Origin: a virus
Length of the DNA stretch: 49,848 nucleotides
Virus record (IMG/VR): IMGVR_UViG_3300032157_000014
Location: 1 to 49,848 of that record
Direction: 5' to 3' (one strand)
The translations under genes were made by a program, and so were the position numbers. Positions 16,463-24,821 of the stretch are shown in pieces. The notes under the pieces are model-generated. The model was given only the letters and a program-made list of their open reading frames with translations, was not told the DNA's origin and ran no database searches. Position 1 is the stretch's first letter. Every line of letters begins with the position of its first letter.

Positions 16463-17565
16463 GCGAGCCTCCCGTCATGCGTGCGGCCGTCCAGGCGCCT
16501 GCCGGCGAGCTTCTTGCCGGCGCGGAAGAACTCTTTGCCGTGCAGCGCGATCACCTGGTAGCCGCGGTTCGGGTTCATCTTCCCCGCGATATCGTCGTCG
16601 TCGACCTCGATCACCTTTCCGGGCGGCTCGGGGAGAACGTCCGTCTCGCACGGGTACCAAACGCCCCACTGCTTGAAGTGGAACGGCACGCCGGCCTCCG
16701 CGCAGTCGTCGCGCACCTTGCGGAACCAGTCCGGATCCGGGGCCCGGGCTCGAGCTCCGCTCTCGCCGCCGGCGATCACCCAATCCAGGCCGTGCGCACC
16801 GGCGAAGATCTCCCCGTCCGAGGCCTTCCTGGAGCCCGTCAGCGCGTCGTATTGGCCTCCGCGCAGGTTGCGCAGGTCCACGGCACCGATCGCCGGCTCG
16901 TAGCTCAGGAAGCGCTTGGCGGCCAGCGTGACCATCAGGATCGGGATCCGCTCGTCCGCACGCTTCTGGTCGCCCGCGGTCACGCCCAGGTGCACGTTCG
17001 GTAGCGGCCACTCCGGTGCGGGAAACTTGCCTAGCAGCCGCGGCTCGGCCGGCATGGCGTAGCGCGCGTACTCGAGGAGGAGCTCCACCCGGATCTCGCC
17101 GAAGCTGCGCTGATCCTGCCCCTTGTTCCAGACCTCTGCTGTCTTGTCGTCCAGCCAGGTCAGGAAGGCCTGCATCCTCTCCGGGTGCTTCGTCAGGACC
17201 TGGAAGGTGTGCTGCCGGCCGATCATCATCACGCACCAGGCCGCGGCGATGAACTCGAACGGCACCTTCGGGTGGAACAGGTCGGCCAGGTTGCAGACGA
17301 AGATCCGGCGTGCGCGCTTCCACTTGAGGGGCCAGCTCAGCCGCAGCGGGAGCGTGCGCACGATCCCGCTCCAGACCAGGTGCCCCTTCTCGGTCTTGTC
17401 GACCGTGCCGAAAAACGCCCGGTGAATCTTCGGGTTCGGGTTATGCGCCATGCGCCAGGAGTCCAGCAGCGCGTAGCAGTTGGTGCACTCGGGGCTCGCG
17501 AACTCGCAGCCGGCCACGATCGGCCAGCTGGCGTCGGTCCATTCGATCGGACTGTACTCAGCCAT
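16459..17565 (-). CDS. Phage Gp37/Gp68-family protein (DUF5131)
   Basis: MAEYSPIEWTDASWPIVAGCEFASPECTNCYA is the characteristic N-terminus of this family. The start is placed at the Met overlapping the stop of the upstream small ORF (ATGGCTGA). The track start at 17586 adds only 7 aa. Confidence 0.7.
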   Translation of the reverse strand: MAEYSPIEWTDASWPIVAGCEFASPECTNCYALLDSWRMAHNPNPKIHRAFFGTVDKTEKGHLVWSGIVRTLPLRLSWPLKWKRARRIFVCNLADLFHPKVPFEFIAAAWCVMMIGRQHTFQVLTKHPERMQAFLTWLDDKTAEVWNKGQDQRSFGEIRVELLLEYARYAMPAEPRLLGKFPAPEWPLPNVHLGVTAGDQKRADERIPILMVTLAAKRFLSYEPAIGAVDLRNLRGGQYDALTGSRKASDGEIFAGAHGLDWVIAGGESGARARAPDPDWFRKVRDDCAEAGVPFHFKQWGVWYPCETDVLPEPPGKVIEVDDDDIAGKMNPNRGYQVIALHGKEFFRAGKKLAGRRLDGRTHDGRLA

Positions 17566-17728
17566 GCGGACTCCGCAGGAAGTCAAAGGGAGACAGCAGC
17601 GCCGCGGCGACGAAGAATCCGCCGATCCATTCGACGACGAACCAGTAGCCCGCCGCGTCGATCAAGGCGAGCGCCGCTGTCATGGCGACCGTGCCAACGA
17701 CAGCGACGATGTTGGCGTTGCGGTTCAC
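17558..17728 (-). CDS. Small membrane protein (56 aa, GTG start); not in the ORF track
   Basis: Hand translation: VNRNANIVAVVGTVAMTAALALIDAAGYWFVVEWIGGFFVAAALLSPFDFLRSPHG*. GTGA overlap with the upstream stop at 17725, and its stop overlaps the DUF5131 ATG. Confidence 0.45.
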   Translation of the reverse strand: MNRNANIVAVVGTVAMTAALALIDAAGYWFVVEWIGGFFVAAALLSPFDFLRSPHG

Positions 17729-18099
17729 TCTGCCGCCGCTGGCATCGCGAGGCCGAGCTGCTTAACGCGATCAGCGCCGAGCGCATGCAGGCCTTCGCGC
17801 AGATCCCAAACGGCCACCGGCTGAACCTTGAGGCTCGCCGCCGTGAGCAGCGCCGTCGCCTCGTCGACGAAGCTGATCGCGTAGATCGCGCCGTTGCCGT
17901 AGAGCTTCGTCACCGCTGGAATTTCCGGCTTGCCGTCGCCCTGGGGAATTGGCGGCACGTCGACACGCACGAACTGGCAGCCGCCTAAGGAATGCTCTGA
18001 CAATTTCCCGGCGATGCGCTGGTGCCCGAAGATCTCAACGATCGCCCACAACGATTCCGGCTTTTTATCTTCCACTTTATCCTCCACGATTTCGAACAT
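17725..18099 (-). CDS. Hypothetical protein (124 aa)
   Basis: Real C-terminal part of shadow ORF 17725..18405: MFEIVEDKVEDKKPESLWAIVEIFGHQRIAGKLSE.... Its ATG abuts the upstream stop at 18099. Confidence 0.55.
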   Translation of the reverse strand: MFEIVEDKVEDKKPESLWAIVEIFGHQRIAGKLSEHSLGGCQFVRVDVPPIPQGDGKPEIPAVTKLYGNGAIYAISFVDEATALLTAASLKVQPVAVWDLREGLHALGADRVKQLGLAMPAAAE

Positions 18100-18380
18100 C
18101 AGGGTTTCCTCGACATCGGACTGACCAGCCGCGGAACGCCAGGCGCTCCGGCCGGCAGCGCCGGCGGCGTGACGTCCTTCTCCGGAATGAACCCAGTGCC
18201 AGGGATCGTGCCGCCGGTGGCCTTGATGAACGCGACCTCGACCTTCGCCGACTCCACGAGCACGCTCCCGACCTCCGCGATCGCCTTTGCCCGGTCGATC
18301 GGCATCGGATCGTCCTTGTCCTGCAGCGCCTCGAGCGTCGCGAACAGGTGGTTGCGCAGGTCCTCGATTTTGTTTTTCAT
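18099..18380 (-). CDS. Hypothetical protein (93 aa)
   Basis: MKNKIEDLRNHLFATLEALQDKDDPMPIDRAKAIAEVGSVLVESAKVEVAFIK.... ATGA overlap with the upstream stop at 18377. Confidence 0.55.
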   Translation of the reverse strand: MKNKIEDLRNHLFATLEALQDKDDPMPIDRAKAIAEVGSVLVESAKVEVAFIKATGGTIPGTGFIPEKDVTPPALPAGAPGVPRLVSPMSRKP

Positions 18381-19171
18381 CCCAATGCCCTCCGCTCTTT
18401 GACATTCCGCAGGATCTTGTTCTTCAGCACGATCGCCACCTGCAGATCCTTCGGCCACTGGTGCAGCCGGTTGCGGCTGAGGTTCTCGGCGAATGAGCAC
18501 AGACGCAGGTTGGCCAGGTCGAAATTGCGCTTGTTGCGGTCGATGAACTCCACGAAATGTTTCTTCGGGATCGGTCCGTTCGCACGCATCCAGACGAGGT
18601 CGTGAACGGCTATCCAGTTCACGGTGTAGGCGACGTTCGGAACGTCGGCCACCTTGACGTAGAGCACGCCCTCGATATCCCGCTCGGTGCCGACCGGCGC
18701 GTAGTGTTCCGCTGCCTTGCCGCTGCGCTCGCCCTTCTTGAACTGCGTCTCGCGCATGCGACCGGGCGCCCACCCTGGCGGCATCTTCTTGCCCTTGTTC
18801 TGCGGGATCTGCCCCTTCCTGAAGCCGCCGGCGTTGCCGCCCTTCATCTTTGCGGAAAGGAACTGCTTTGTTTTCTTGACCCCGAGGCGGCTGGCCTGGC
18901 CAATCACGCACTCGACGTCGCGCCCAAGATCCTTTGCCAGCTGCTCAGTCCGCTCGTTCGGGTACCGCGCGCGGAGGATCTCAATCTCCGCCGGCTTCCA
19001 GCGGACAAAGCGCAGCGCGGCCTTTCGATTGCCGGCTCGGCGAGCCGCCTTCACGATCGTCTCCGGCTTGACTGCGTAGAGCGCCGCCAGACGCGCCGTG
19101 TTCTTCGGCGTTCCGGTGAAGACGCGCGCGATCGCGCGCATCTGCGAAGGGGTTATCGGCTTGCCAGTCAC
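18377..19171 (-). CDS. HNH-like (HNH_3-type) endonuclease-domain protein with an N-terminal HTH-like region
   Basis: C-terminus ...VWMRANGPIPKKHFVEFIDRNKRNFDLANLRLCSFAENLSRN resembles the HNH_3 motif. Confidence 0.5.
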   Translation of the reverse strand: MTGKPITPSQMRAIARVFTGTPKNTARLAALYAVKPETIVKAARRAGNRKAALRFVRWKPAEIEILRARYPNERTEQLAKDLGRDVECVIGQASRLGVKKTKQFLSAKMKGGNAGGFRKGQIPQNKGKKMPPGWAPGRMRETQFKKGERSGKAAEHYAPVGTERDIEGVLYVKVADVPNVAYTVNWIAVHDLVWMRANGPIPKKHFVEFIDRNKRNFDLANLRLCSFAENLSRNRLHQWPKDLQVAIVLKNKILRNVKERRALG

Positions 19172-19584
19172 TCGTTGAAATGCGCGAACAGCAGGGTGGC
19201 GATCTTCTCGGTCTTCGCAGGCGTGAACACTGTCCGCTGCTCACCGTCGATCAGGACCAGGCGCGCGTCCGCGGTGAATGCGGCGATGAAATCTTCAACC
19301 GTGTCAGCCTTGAGCCGTTTGGCCGGCGACCGCTTCGCCTTGCCGCCCTTCGCCTTCTTCGCCTTTCTGGCCACGGGTGCGCTGTCGGCCTGCAGCTTCG
19401 TGATGTCCTGCCCGGGCAGATAGACGATCCCGTTGCGGTTGCCTTCGACCTTCACCTTGCCGGATTCCTTCAGCTTTCGTACCACCTGCGAAATGAACGC
19501 GCACTTCACCGCTTTGCCGAGCGGAGTCATGCGCGTCGGCCCGTTGTCCGTGAGGTGGACGATAGTTTTGTCTGCATGGCTCAT
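19168..19584 (-). CDS. Hypothetical DNA-binding-like protein with a Lys-rich linker (138 aa)
   Basis: MSHADKTIVHLTDNGPTRMTPLGKAVKCAFISQVVRKLKESGKVKVEG...ARKAKKAKGGKAKRSPAKR.... ATGA overlaps at both ends. Confidence 0.5.
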   Translation of the reverse strand: MSHADKTIVHLTDNGPTRMTPLGKAVKCAFISQVVRKLKESGKVKVEGNRNGIVYLPGQDITKLQADSAPVARKAKKAKGGKAKRSPAKRLKADTVEDFIAAFTADARLVLIDGEQRTVFTPAKTEKIATLLFAHFNE

Positions 19585-21341
19585 TGCGTTTTCTCCAGGA
19601 AGAGTTCCGGCCGCGCGATCACGTGGCCGGGTTTTGGGTAGTCGATGAAGCCGAGCGAGCGCAGCCGGCCGAGGTTGTTCTGATAGCCCGAGCTCGTGGG
19701 CGAGACGTCGCCCGCATCCGCTAGGTCCTCCTTGCTGATGCTGTCCGGGTAGATCTGGATCAGCGCCCTCAAGATCAGCCACAACGGACGGGGCAGCTTC
19801 GTCTCGAGGGCTCGGTGCAGGTCCTCGGTGCTCGGGGGCCGCTCGGGGGCCTGGGCGGCAGCGTGGCCGGCTTCGGTCAGGTGGACCATCCCGGGGCGCG
19901 GATAGTCGATCAGGCTCAGGGAGCGCAGCGCCCCGAGGTTGTTCTGGTACCCCGAACTGGACGGGCTCTGGTCGGCCAGGAGGGCCACCTGGGTCTTGTC
20001 GGCCGGGTCGGTCGGCCGGATCGTGGCCAGCCAGGCCAGGGCGTCCAGGATGCGCTGCATGGAGCCCGAAACGCGGGGGTCACCGGACGCCGGCCGGGCG
20101 GCCACGCGCGGCGCTGGCGGCCTTGGCGCGGCCGGGCCGCCGCTGTCCGTCCTTGTACGTAAAAAACGGACAGGGACGGACACGGTGCCGGGCTTGACTG
20201 CATTCAGCCAGGAGCTCCGGAACGCAGCTACGGGCCCCGCCACTGCCGTCTCGATCGCGGTGTCGATCCCGGCGAGCAGCCTGTCCAGGTGCGGCTTGAC
20301 GGCGTCGGAGCAGGCCTGGTAGCCCTCGCGGTAACCGACGCGTCGCTCTTGGTCCAGGACCGCCTCGGAGTGCCCGCCATCTGGGTGTTTTGCGCCCAGA
20401 TCTGCGTTGGTTCGACGCAGATCTGCGTTCTCCCGACGCAGCCGGGCGAGCTCGCCTTCTTCCGCCTCAGCCTGGGCCGGCAGGTCGGAGAGCTTGTCCA
20501 GGATCGCCTTGAGCTTCGCCGGCGGCGGCGACTGGCTCACCTTGCCGCCGTGCCCGGGCTCGAGGTGCGTGGTCTGGACCGCACCCATCTTGATCAGCGT
20601 CACCTGCTTGGAGATCGCTGGCCCGAACGCATAGAAGCCGCCCTCGTCGAGGGACCGCAGCGAATGCTGCTGCTCTCGGGTATTGAAGCCGAGCTCGTCG
20701 GCCGCGCGCTTCATGTCGACGTCGAGCGCCGATCGGCCGATCAGCTTGTTGTTGCACTCGGCCGCGGCGTCCTTGGAGAGCTTCGAGATCCGCTGCGTTG
20801 CGAGCGCCCCGCAGAATCCGCGCTTCCTGCCGCGTGTCATCAGGTCGATCACCGCGGCCGCGCTCTCGGCCTGGTCCTTCTCCGGGCAGAACTGGTGCGC
20901 CTCGTCGATGCAGACGAACAGCGGCCGCCACAGCGATCGCGGCGCCTCCATCAGCGCCTCGAGGAACGAGCGCACGAACTTCGCGCGATCGTGTTTCTTC
21001 ATTTCCGACAGGTCGATGATCACCGAGAACCCATGCTCGAGGATCCGCCTCGCCAGGAGAGGCGCGCTGCGCACGTCGACCTTGCAGTCGCCGCCGGCGC
21101 CGGCGCTGGCCAGCACGAAGGGGAACTTCTCGCGCAGGGTGAAGAATTCGCCGTCCAGGTCGATCACCACCAGCGGGACCAGGCCGAAGAGCTGCTCGAG
21201 CAGCCGGCGCAGCGCGTAGGATTTCCCGCCGCCGCTGTTCGCCTGGACCAGGAGCCGCGTGGTGAGCAGCCGTTCGACGTCCATCTGCACCGGCTTCCTG
21301 CCCCACTCGGCGCTGGTGCCGAGGTCGATGTGCTTGGTCAT
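19581..21341 (-). CDS. P-loop ATPase (HerA/FtsK/DUF87-like) fused to two tandem winged-helix-like repeats
   Basis: Walker A VQANSGGGKSY and Walker B LFVCIDEAHQF. A coiled-coil region follows. The C-terminus carries two similar units, ...SSSGYQNNLGALRSLSLIDYPRPGMVHLTEAG... and ...TSSGYQNNLGRLRSLGFIDYPKPGHVIARPELF. Confidence 0.6.
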   Translation of the reverse strand: MTKHIDLGTSAEWGRKPVQMDVERLLTTRLLVQANSGGGKSYALRRLLEQLFGLVPLVVIDLDGEFFTLREKFPFVLASAGAGGDCKVDVRSAPLLARRILEHGFSVIIDLSEMKKHDRAKFVRSFLEALMEAPRSLWRPLFVCIDEAHQFCPEKDQAESAAAVIDLMTRGRKRGFCGALATQRISKLSKDAAAECNNKLIGRSALDVDMKRAADELGFNTREQQHSLRSLDEGGFYAFGPAISKQVTLIKMGAVQTTHLEPGHGGKVSQSPPPAKLKAILDKLSDLPAQAEAEEGELARLRRENADLRRTNADLGAKHPDGGHSEAVLDQERRVGYREGYQACSDAVKPHLDRLLAGIDTAIETAVAGPVAAFRSSWLNAVKPGTVSVPVRFLRTRTDSGGPAAPRPPAPRVAARPASGDPRVSGSMQRILDALAWLATIRPTDPADKTQVALLADQSPSSSGYQNNLGALRSLSLIDYPRPGMVHLTEAGHAAAQAPERPPSTEDLHRALETKLPRPLWLILRALIQIYPDSISKEDLADAGDVSPTSSGYQNNLGRLRSLGFIDYPKPGHVIARPELFLEKTQ

Positions 21342-21697
21342 GCCGCCTCGGCCATGACCCGCTCGATTTCCTTGATCTCTGCCAGGGCGACGTCGCGCGA
21401 GATTGACCAGTCATCCGAGTGCCTGCTCGCGACGAAGCGGTCCTTGAACCGCTGGTAGACGGACAGCGCCCGCTCGTCGTCTCCGGTGGCGTGGGCGCAG
21501 ATCGCGAGCGCCAGCTGCGCCGGACCGCTGCCCCCGTAGCCCCACTCGAAGCCTGTCGGCGAGTGATTGCGCAGATCCAGGCGCGGGGCGAGTTCCTCCT
21601 CGCTCACGAGCTGGCCGCCTTCATCCGTAACCCGCACCGTGACTCGTGCGTCGTCATTGTTGGTGCGCTTGGCGCAGTACGCGATCTGATGTGTCAT
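21338..21697 (-). CDS. Hypothetical protein (DUF6166-like), 119 aa
   Basis: ...LRNHSPTGFEWGYGGSGPAQLALAICAHATGD... is a motif I associate with DUF6166. ATGA overlaps at both ends. Confidence 0.45.
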   Translation of the reverse strand: MTHQIAYCAKRTNNDDARVTVRVTDEGGQLVSEEELAPRLDLRNHSPTGFEWGYGGSGPAQLALAICAHATGDDERALSVYQRFKDRFVASRHSDDWSISRDVALAEIKEIERVMAEAA

Positions 21698-22176
21698 TCA
21701 GCAGCCCTCCGGTTGATGTCGTCGATCACCTTCTCGGGCGTCAGGCTGGCGAGCCAGCCGCCGTCCTTCGAGAATTCGGGCAGGCTCTCCCGCCTGATGA
21801 ACTCAAGCACCAGCCTCACGAGCTCGAGATCCGCCGGCAGCCCGTACCCGGAGAGCATCCGCGGGCCCGGATCCGGACGCACCGCGAGCTCGGGGTGCGC
21901 GGTGTTGTGCCGCCAGAGGAAGGCGAGGAAGTTGCCGCAGTCGGCCTCGGCGCCGGCGGCGAGCGGCATGGCGGCCGCGTGCGCGAGCATTGCCTGGTAC
22001 AGGTTCGGCATGTACTCAGGCCGCAGCCAGCGGCCGCGGCCCTGTGCGGCCTTCTCGCGGAATCGCTGGCGCATCGCGTGCGTGAAGCCGGTCAGCGTGG
22101 CCTCGAATTGCTGGCACTGGTCCTCGATCCATGCCGGCGTCGGCTCGGCGATATCGGTTTTCTTGTCGGTCGTCAT
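21694..22176 (-). CDS. Hypothetical protein (160 aa)
   Basis: Real part of track ORF 21694..22305, starting MTTDKKTDIAEPTPAWIEDQCQQFEATL.... Confidence 0.5.
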   Translation of the reverse strand: MTTDKKTDIAEPTPAWIEDQCQQFEATLTGFTHAMRQRFREKAAQGRGRWLRPEYMPNLYQAMLAHAAAMPLAAGAEADCGNFLAFLWRHNTAHPELAVRPDPGPRMLSGYGLPADLELVRLVLEFIRRESLPEFSKDGGWLASLTPEKVIDDINRRAAE

Positions 22177-22178
22177 GG

Positions 22179-22526
22179 TCACCACCCTATGTAGATCGCG
22201 CGAATCCAAAGCACCGTGAAGGCCAGAGCCACCAGCAGCACACCGCCCTTGCGGGAACGCCAGGCGTCGATCAGCCAGAACGGCTGCGCAGCGAGCGATA
22301 CGCACGCGCCCAGGAATCGCATCGAGGGATCGTCGTCGCTGTAGAGGTAAAGGCCCGTGAGCGTGAAGACGGCGATCGCCGCCTGCAGCAATCCCTCGAG
22401 CTGGAGCGGGGAGCGAGGCCTCGGTTCCCGCTGGTCACGGTTTCCGCGCAATCTCTCGGCCTCGCTCCCCGCATTGACAGGGATGAAACGCTCGAACGGA
22501 TTCACTCGCATCAGTCGATCCCTCAT
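22179..22526 (-). CDS. Membrane protein (115 aa)
   Basis: MRDRLMRVNPFERF...LLQAAIAVFTLTGLYLY...FLGACVSLAAQPFWLIDAW...GVLLVALAFTVLWIRAIYIGW. ATGA overlap with the upstream stop at 22523. Confidence 0.55.
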   Translation of the reverse strand: MRDRLMRVNPFERFIPVNAGSEAERLRGNRDQREPRPRSPLQLEGLLQAAIAVFTLTGLYLYSDDDPSMRFLGACVSLAAQPFWLIDAWRSRKGGVLLVALAFTVLWIRAIYIGW

Positions 22527-22831
22527 GGACGGAACTCCGTCTGGCCGCGGGCGAGCGCCCGCAGCACCTTTGCCGCGCGATCGGTTTTCGAGATCTCGGA
22601 TTTCAGGTACCGGCGCGCAGCGCGGCGGATCGGATACGGCTTGCTCTTCAAGAAGACCGGCCGCAGAGCGGGCCCGTTCGCGATCGGGATCTTCACGATC
22701 GAAATCGGTTCGCCCATAGCGACGGCGTGAAGGTACTTTCGGCCAGCGGCGAAGCCGAGCACCGTGCGGCCGCCGGCACCGCGCAGCGCGAGCGGCAGGA
22801 CAAAGGTGACTTCCACCGCGGCGGCTTTCAC
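22523..22831 (-). CDS. Hypothetical protein (102 aa)
   Basis: Track ORF of acceptable composition, with ATGA overlaps at both ends. Confidence 0.45.
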   Translation of the reverse strand: MKAAAVEVTFVLPLALRGAGGRTVLGFAAGRKYLHAVAMGEPISIVKIPIANGPALRPVFLKSKPYPIRRAARRYLKSEISKTDRAAKVLRALARGQTEFRP

Positions 22832-23046
22832 GAAACCCTCCGGATCGTGCAGCCGAAGTCCCGGCCGCCGAATCGCTCGCTTGCGCCCGGCGCGGCGGTC
22901 TTGAGCCAGTTGCAGATCGACGGATCGCGCTGGTTCGCATCGAGCAGCTCAGAGCGCGGGAAGGCCTCGCCCGGGTGATCCTCGTTGTCGAACTGCAGCG
23001 TGAAGTGCGGCTCGGCGGTGCTGTTGCTGGCCTCGACGAAGATCAT
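22828..23046 (-). CDS. Hypothetical protein (72 aa)
   Basis: MIFVEASNSTAEPHFTLQFDNEDHPGEAFPRSELLDANQRDPSICNWLK.... ATGA overlap with the upstream stop at 23043. Confidence 0.5.
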   Translation of the reverse strand: MIFVEASNSTAEPHFTLQFDNEDHPGEAFPRSELLDANQRDPSICNWLKTAAPGASERFGGRDFGCTIRRVS

Positions 23047-23756
23047 GCGGCGACCTTCTCGCGCGTCGCCGGCGCCGCCATCTGCAGCGGCCGCGTCCGC
23101 AGCTTGAAGTTCCAGCCTCCGAAGATATGCGCCGGCGTGTACCAAACCGCGCGCTGCTCGAGCGTGAGCGTGTTTCCGACCACGATCACCGCCGGCACGT
23201 GGAGCAGGCTCAGCTGCAGGTAGGCCATGTGCACGGCCTTCTCGTCGACGTCGACGGCGGTGACATGCAGCTGGCGCTGATAGTTGAAGCCTGCGGCCTT
23301 CATCGCTTTGCAGAATCCAATCACCATCGCCCCGCCGCCGACTGCCGGCTCCTGCAGCGTGATGAAGCCGCGATCGGCGATCGCCGCGCGCGTCTGCTTC
23401 TTGTCGAACACCATCGCCGCCATGAGGTCGCAGATGCAGTCGGGCGTGAAGAATTGGCCGTGCCACTTGCTGCCGAGGCCGAGCTCCATGTAGACCTGGC
23501 CGAGGACGTCGGCCGGCTCGAGCTCCATCGCCAGGACCAGCTCGCCCAGGATCCGCGGGAACTTCGCGGCCTCGTCCGGCTCGTAGCCCTTGATCACCTG
23601 CAGGTACCGGGCCTCGCGCTTCTCGCGCTGCGCCAGGTCGACCACGGCGAAGCTGATCGCCGCGAGCTCGAGGAAGTCCCGGAAGACGTCCCAGGTGTGG
23701 CGGCTGTAGCTGACGTCGCCGAACATCTTGAGGAGGTTCCTGGTGTGCGGATTCAT
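23043..23756 (-). CDS. N6-adenine-MTase-like SAM-binding protein lacking the (D/N)PP(F/Y) catalytic motif
   Basis: GQFFTPDCICDLMAAMV (motif X-like), LQEPAVGGGAMV (motif I-like) and VVGNTLTLE (the 'gdtL' position). The protein ends about 40 aa later with no NPPF/NPPY motif. The start is placed at the Met at 23756 (ATGA overlap); the track start is 23771. Confidence 0.5.
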   Translation of the reverse strand: MNPHTRNLLKMFGDVSYSRHTWDVFRDFLELAAISFAVVDLAQREKREARYLQVIKGYEPDEAAKFPRILGELVLAMELEPADVLGQVYMELGLGSKWHGQFFTPDCICDLMAAMVFDKKQTRAAIADRGFITLQEPAVGGGAMVIGFCKAMKAAGFNYQRQLHVTAVDVDEKAVHMAYLQLSLLHVPAVIVVGNTLTLEQRAVWYTPAHIFGGWNFKLRTRPLQMAAPATREKVAA

Positions 23757-24046
23757 GCCATCCGCTCGCACAGATTCGGCTGCATGCCTACGCGATCGAC
23801 ATCCTTCTCAATCCCGATCTTGGCGCTGCCGAAAACGTCAAACGCCGAGTTGTCGAACCACGGGGCGCAATACCTGGCGATGTCCACCCGCAGGCGAACA
23901 ACGTGAAGCTCGAGGGCCGCCTCGGCGTGGAAGAAACTGTTTCGGCCGGAGAACTCCGAGCGGTTCCAGAATTTCAGGCGCTCGAGCTCTTCCGTGTAGG
24001 TGCGCAGCGGCTGCTGCCAGACGTCGACGAATTCTTCGCCGTTCAC
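23753..24046 (-). CDS. Hypothetical protein (97 aa, GTG start)
   Basis: VNGEEFVDVWQQPLRTYTEELERLKFWNRSEFSGRNSFFHAEAALELHVV.... GTGA overlap with the recombinase stop at 24043. Confidence 0.5.
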   Translation of the reverse strand: MNGEEFVDVWQQPLRTYTEELERLKFWNRSEFSGRNSFFHAEAALELHVVRLRVDIARYCAPWFDNSAFDVFGSAKIGIEKDVDRVGMQPNLCERMA

Positions 24047-24750
24047 GCCTGCCCCCGCTCGTCGAAGGCCTTCCGCAGATCTTTCTTCCGCACCCGCCCG
24101 CCGCCGTCGAGCTCGGTGAGCTCGCGCTCGAGGTCTTCCTTGGTCACGCCGGCATATACCGCCGTCGACTTGCGATCCTTCTGTCCGAGTGCGGCCTGGA
24201 CCACGCCGAGCGGATCGGCCGACTTCGAATTCCGGTAGATGCGCATCGCCCGGGTGTGCCTGGCGTAGTGCGGCGATCCGTCCCGCACGCCAGCCTCCCT
24301 GCACCAGTACTTGATGCGCGCCTGGTAGCTGCGGATCGCGAGCGCGTTGCCTTCGCGGGATACCACCAGCGGGCCCTCCGGATCCTTGTAGCCGGCGAGC
24401 TCGCCGATGCGCAGCAGGTCCTTGAGCGCCGCTTCCACCGGCTGCGTCACCGGCACCTGGTGATCGAGCGCCTGGCCCTTGGCCGGCTGCTTGCGGATCT
24501 CCCCAGGCACGAACAGCCAGCGCTGCTTGAGCGCGGCGATCGCGTCAGCGCGCGTGAAGCGCGAGAACTCCCCGATCCGGAAGCCCGTCTTGACGAGCAA
24601 CAATAGCCACGCGGCATCGCGGCGCGCGGCAGGACTCGACCGGGAGCGGATGGTTCGGAAGAGCCTTGCCTCTTCCGCATCCGTCCAGTATTTCCTGAAC
24701 ACGTTGTCCATGCTTCTTTTCCCCCGTTGCTTCCACCGGCTGCGAGACAA
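24043..24750 (-). CDS. Small tyrosine recombinase (catalytic domain only, 235 aa)
   Basis: LLLVKTGFRIGEF (Arg I region), SPHYARHTRA (HxxR) and LGQKDRKSTAVYAG (the His/Tyr region). An alternative start is the Met at 24711. Confidence 0.7.
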   Translation of the reverse strand: MSRSRWKQRGKRSMDNVFRKYWTDAEEARLFRTIRSRSSPAARRDAAWLLLLVKTGFRIGEFSRFTRADAIAALKQRWLFVPGEIRKQPAKGQALDHQVPVTQPVEAALKDLLRIGELAGYKDPEGPLVVSREGNALAIRSYQARIKYWCREAGVRDGSPHYARHTRAMRIYRNSKSADPLGVVQAALGQKDRKSTAVYAGVTKEDLERELTELDGGGRVRKKDLRKAFDERGQA

Positions 24751-24821
24751 GTTCGTCGCGGATTGCGAGATACCCCTGCAGCCCCATGACGGCGAGCGCG
24801 ATCGCGCCCCCGATCAGCCAT

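Noticed and set aside
20395-20428. A perfect 14-bp palindrome acgcagatctgcgt (20415..20428) plus a nearby partial copy, considered as a protein-binding site.
   Set aside because: It lies inside the ATPase coding region, where it encodes a repeated ...NADLR... coiled-coil segment. It is most simply a by-product of the peptide repeat.
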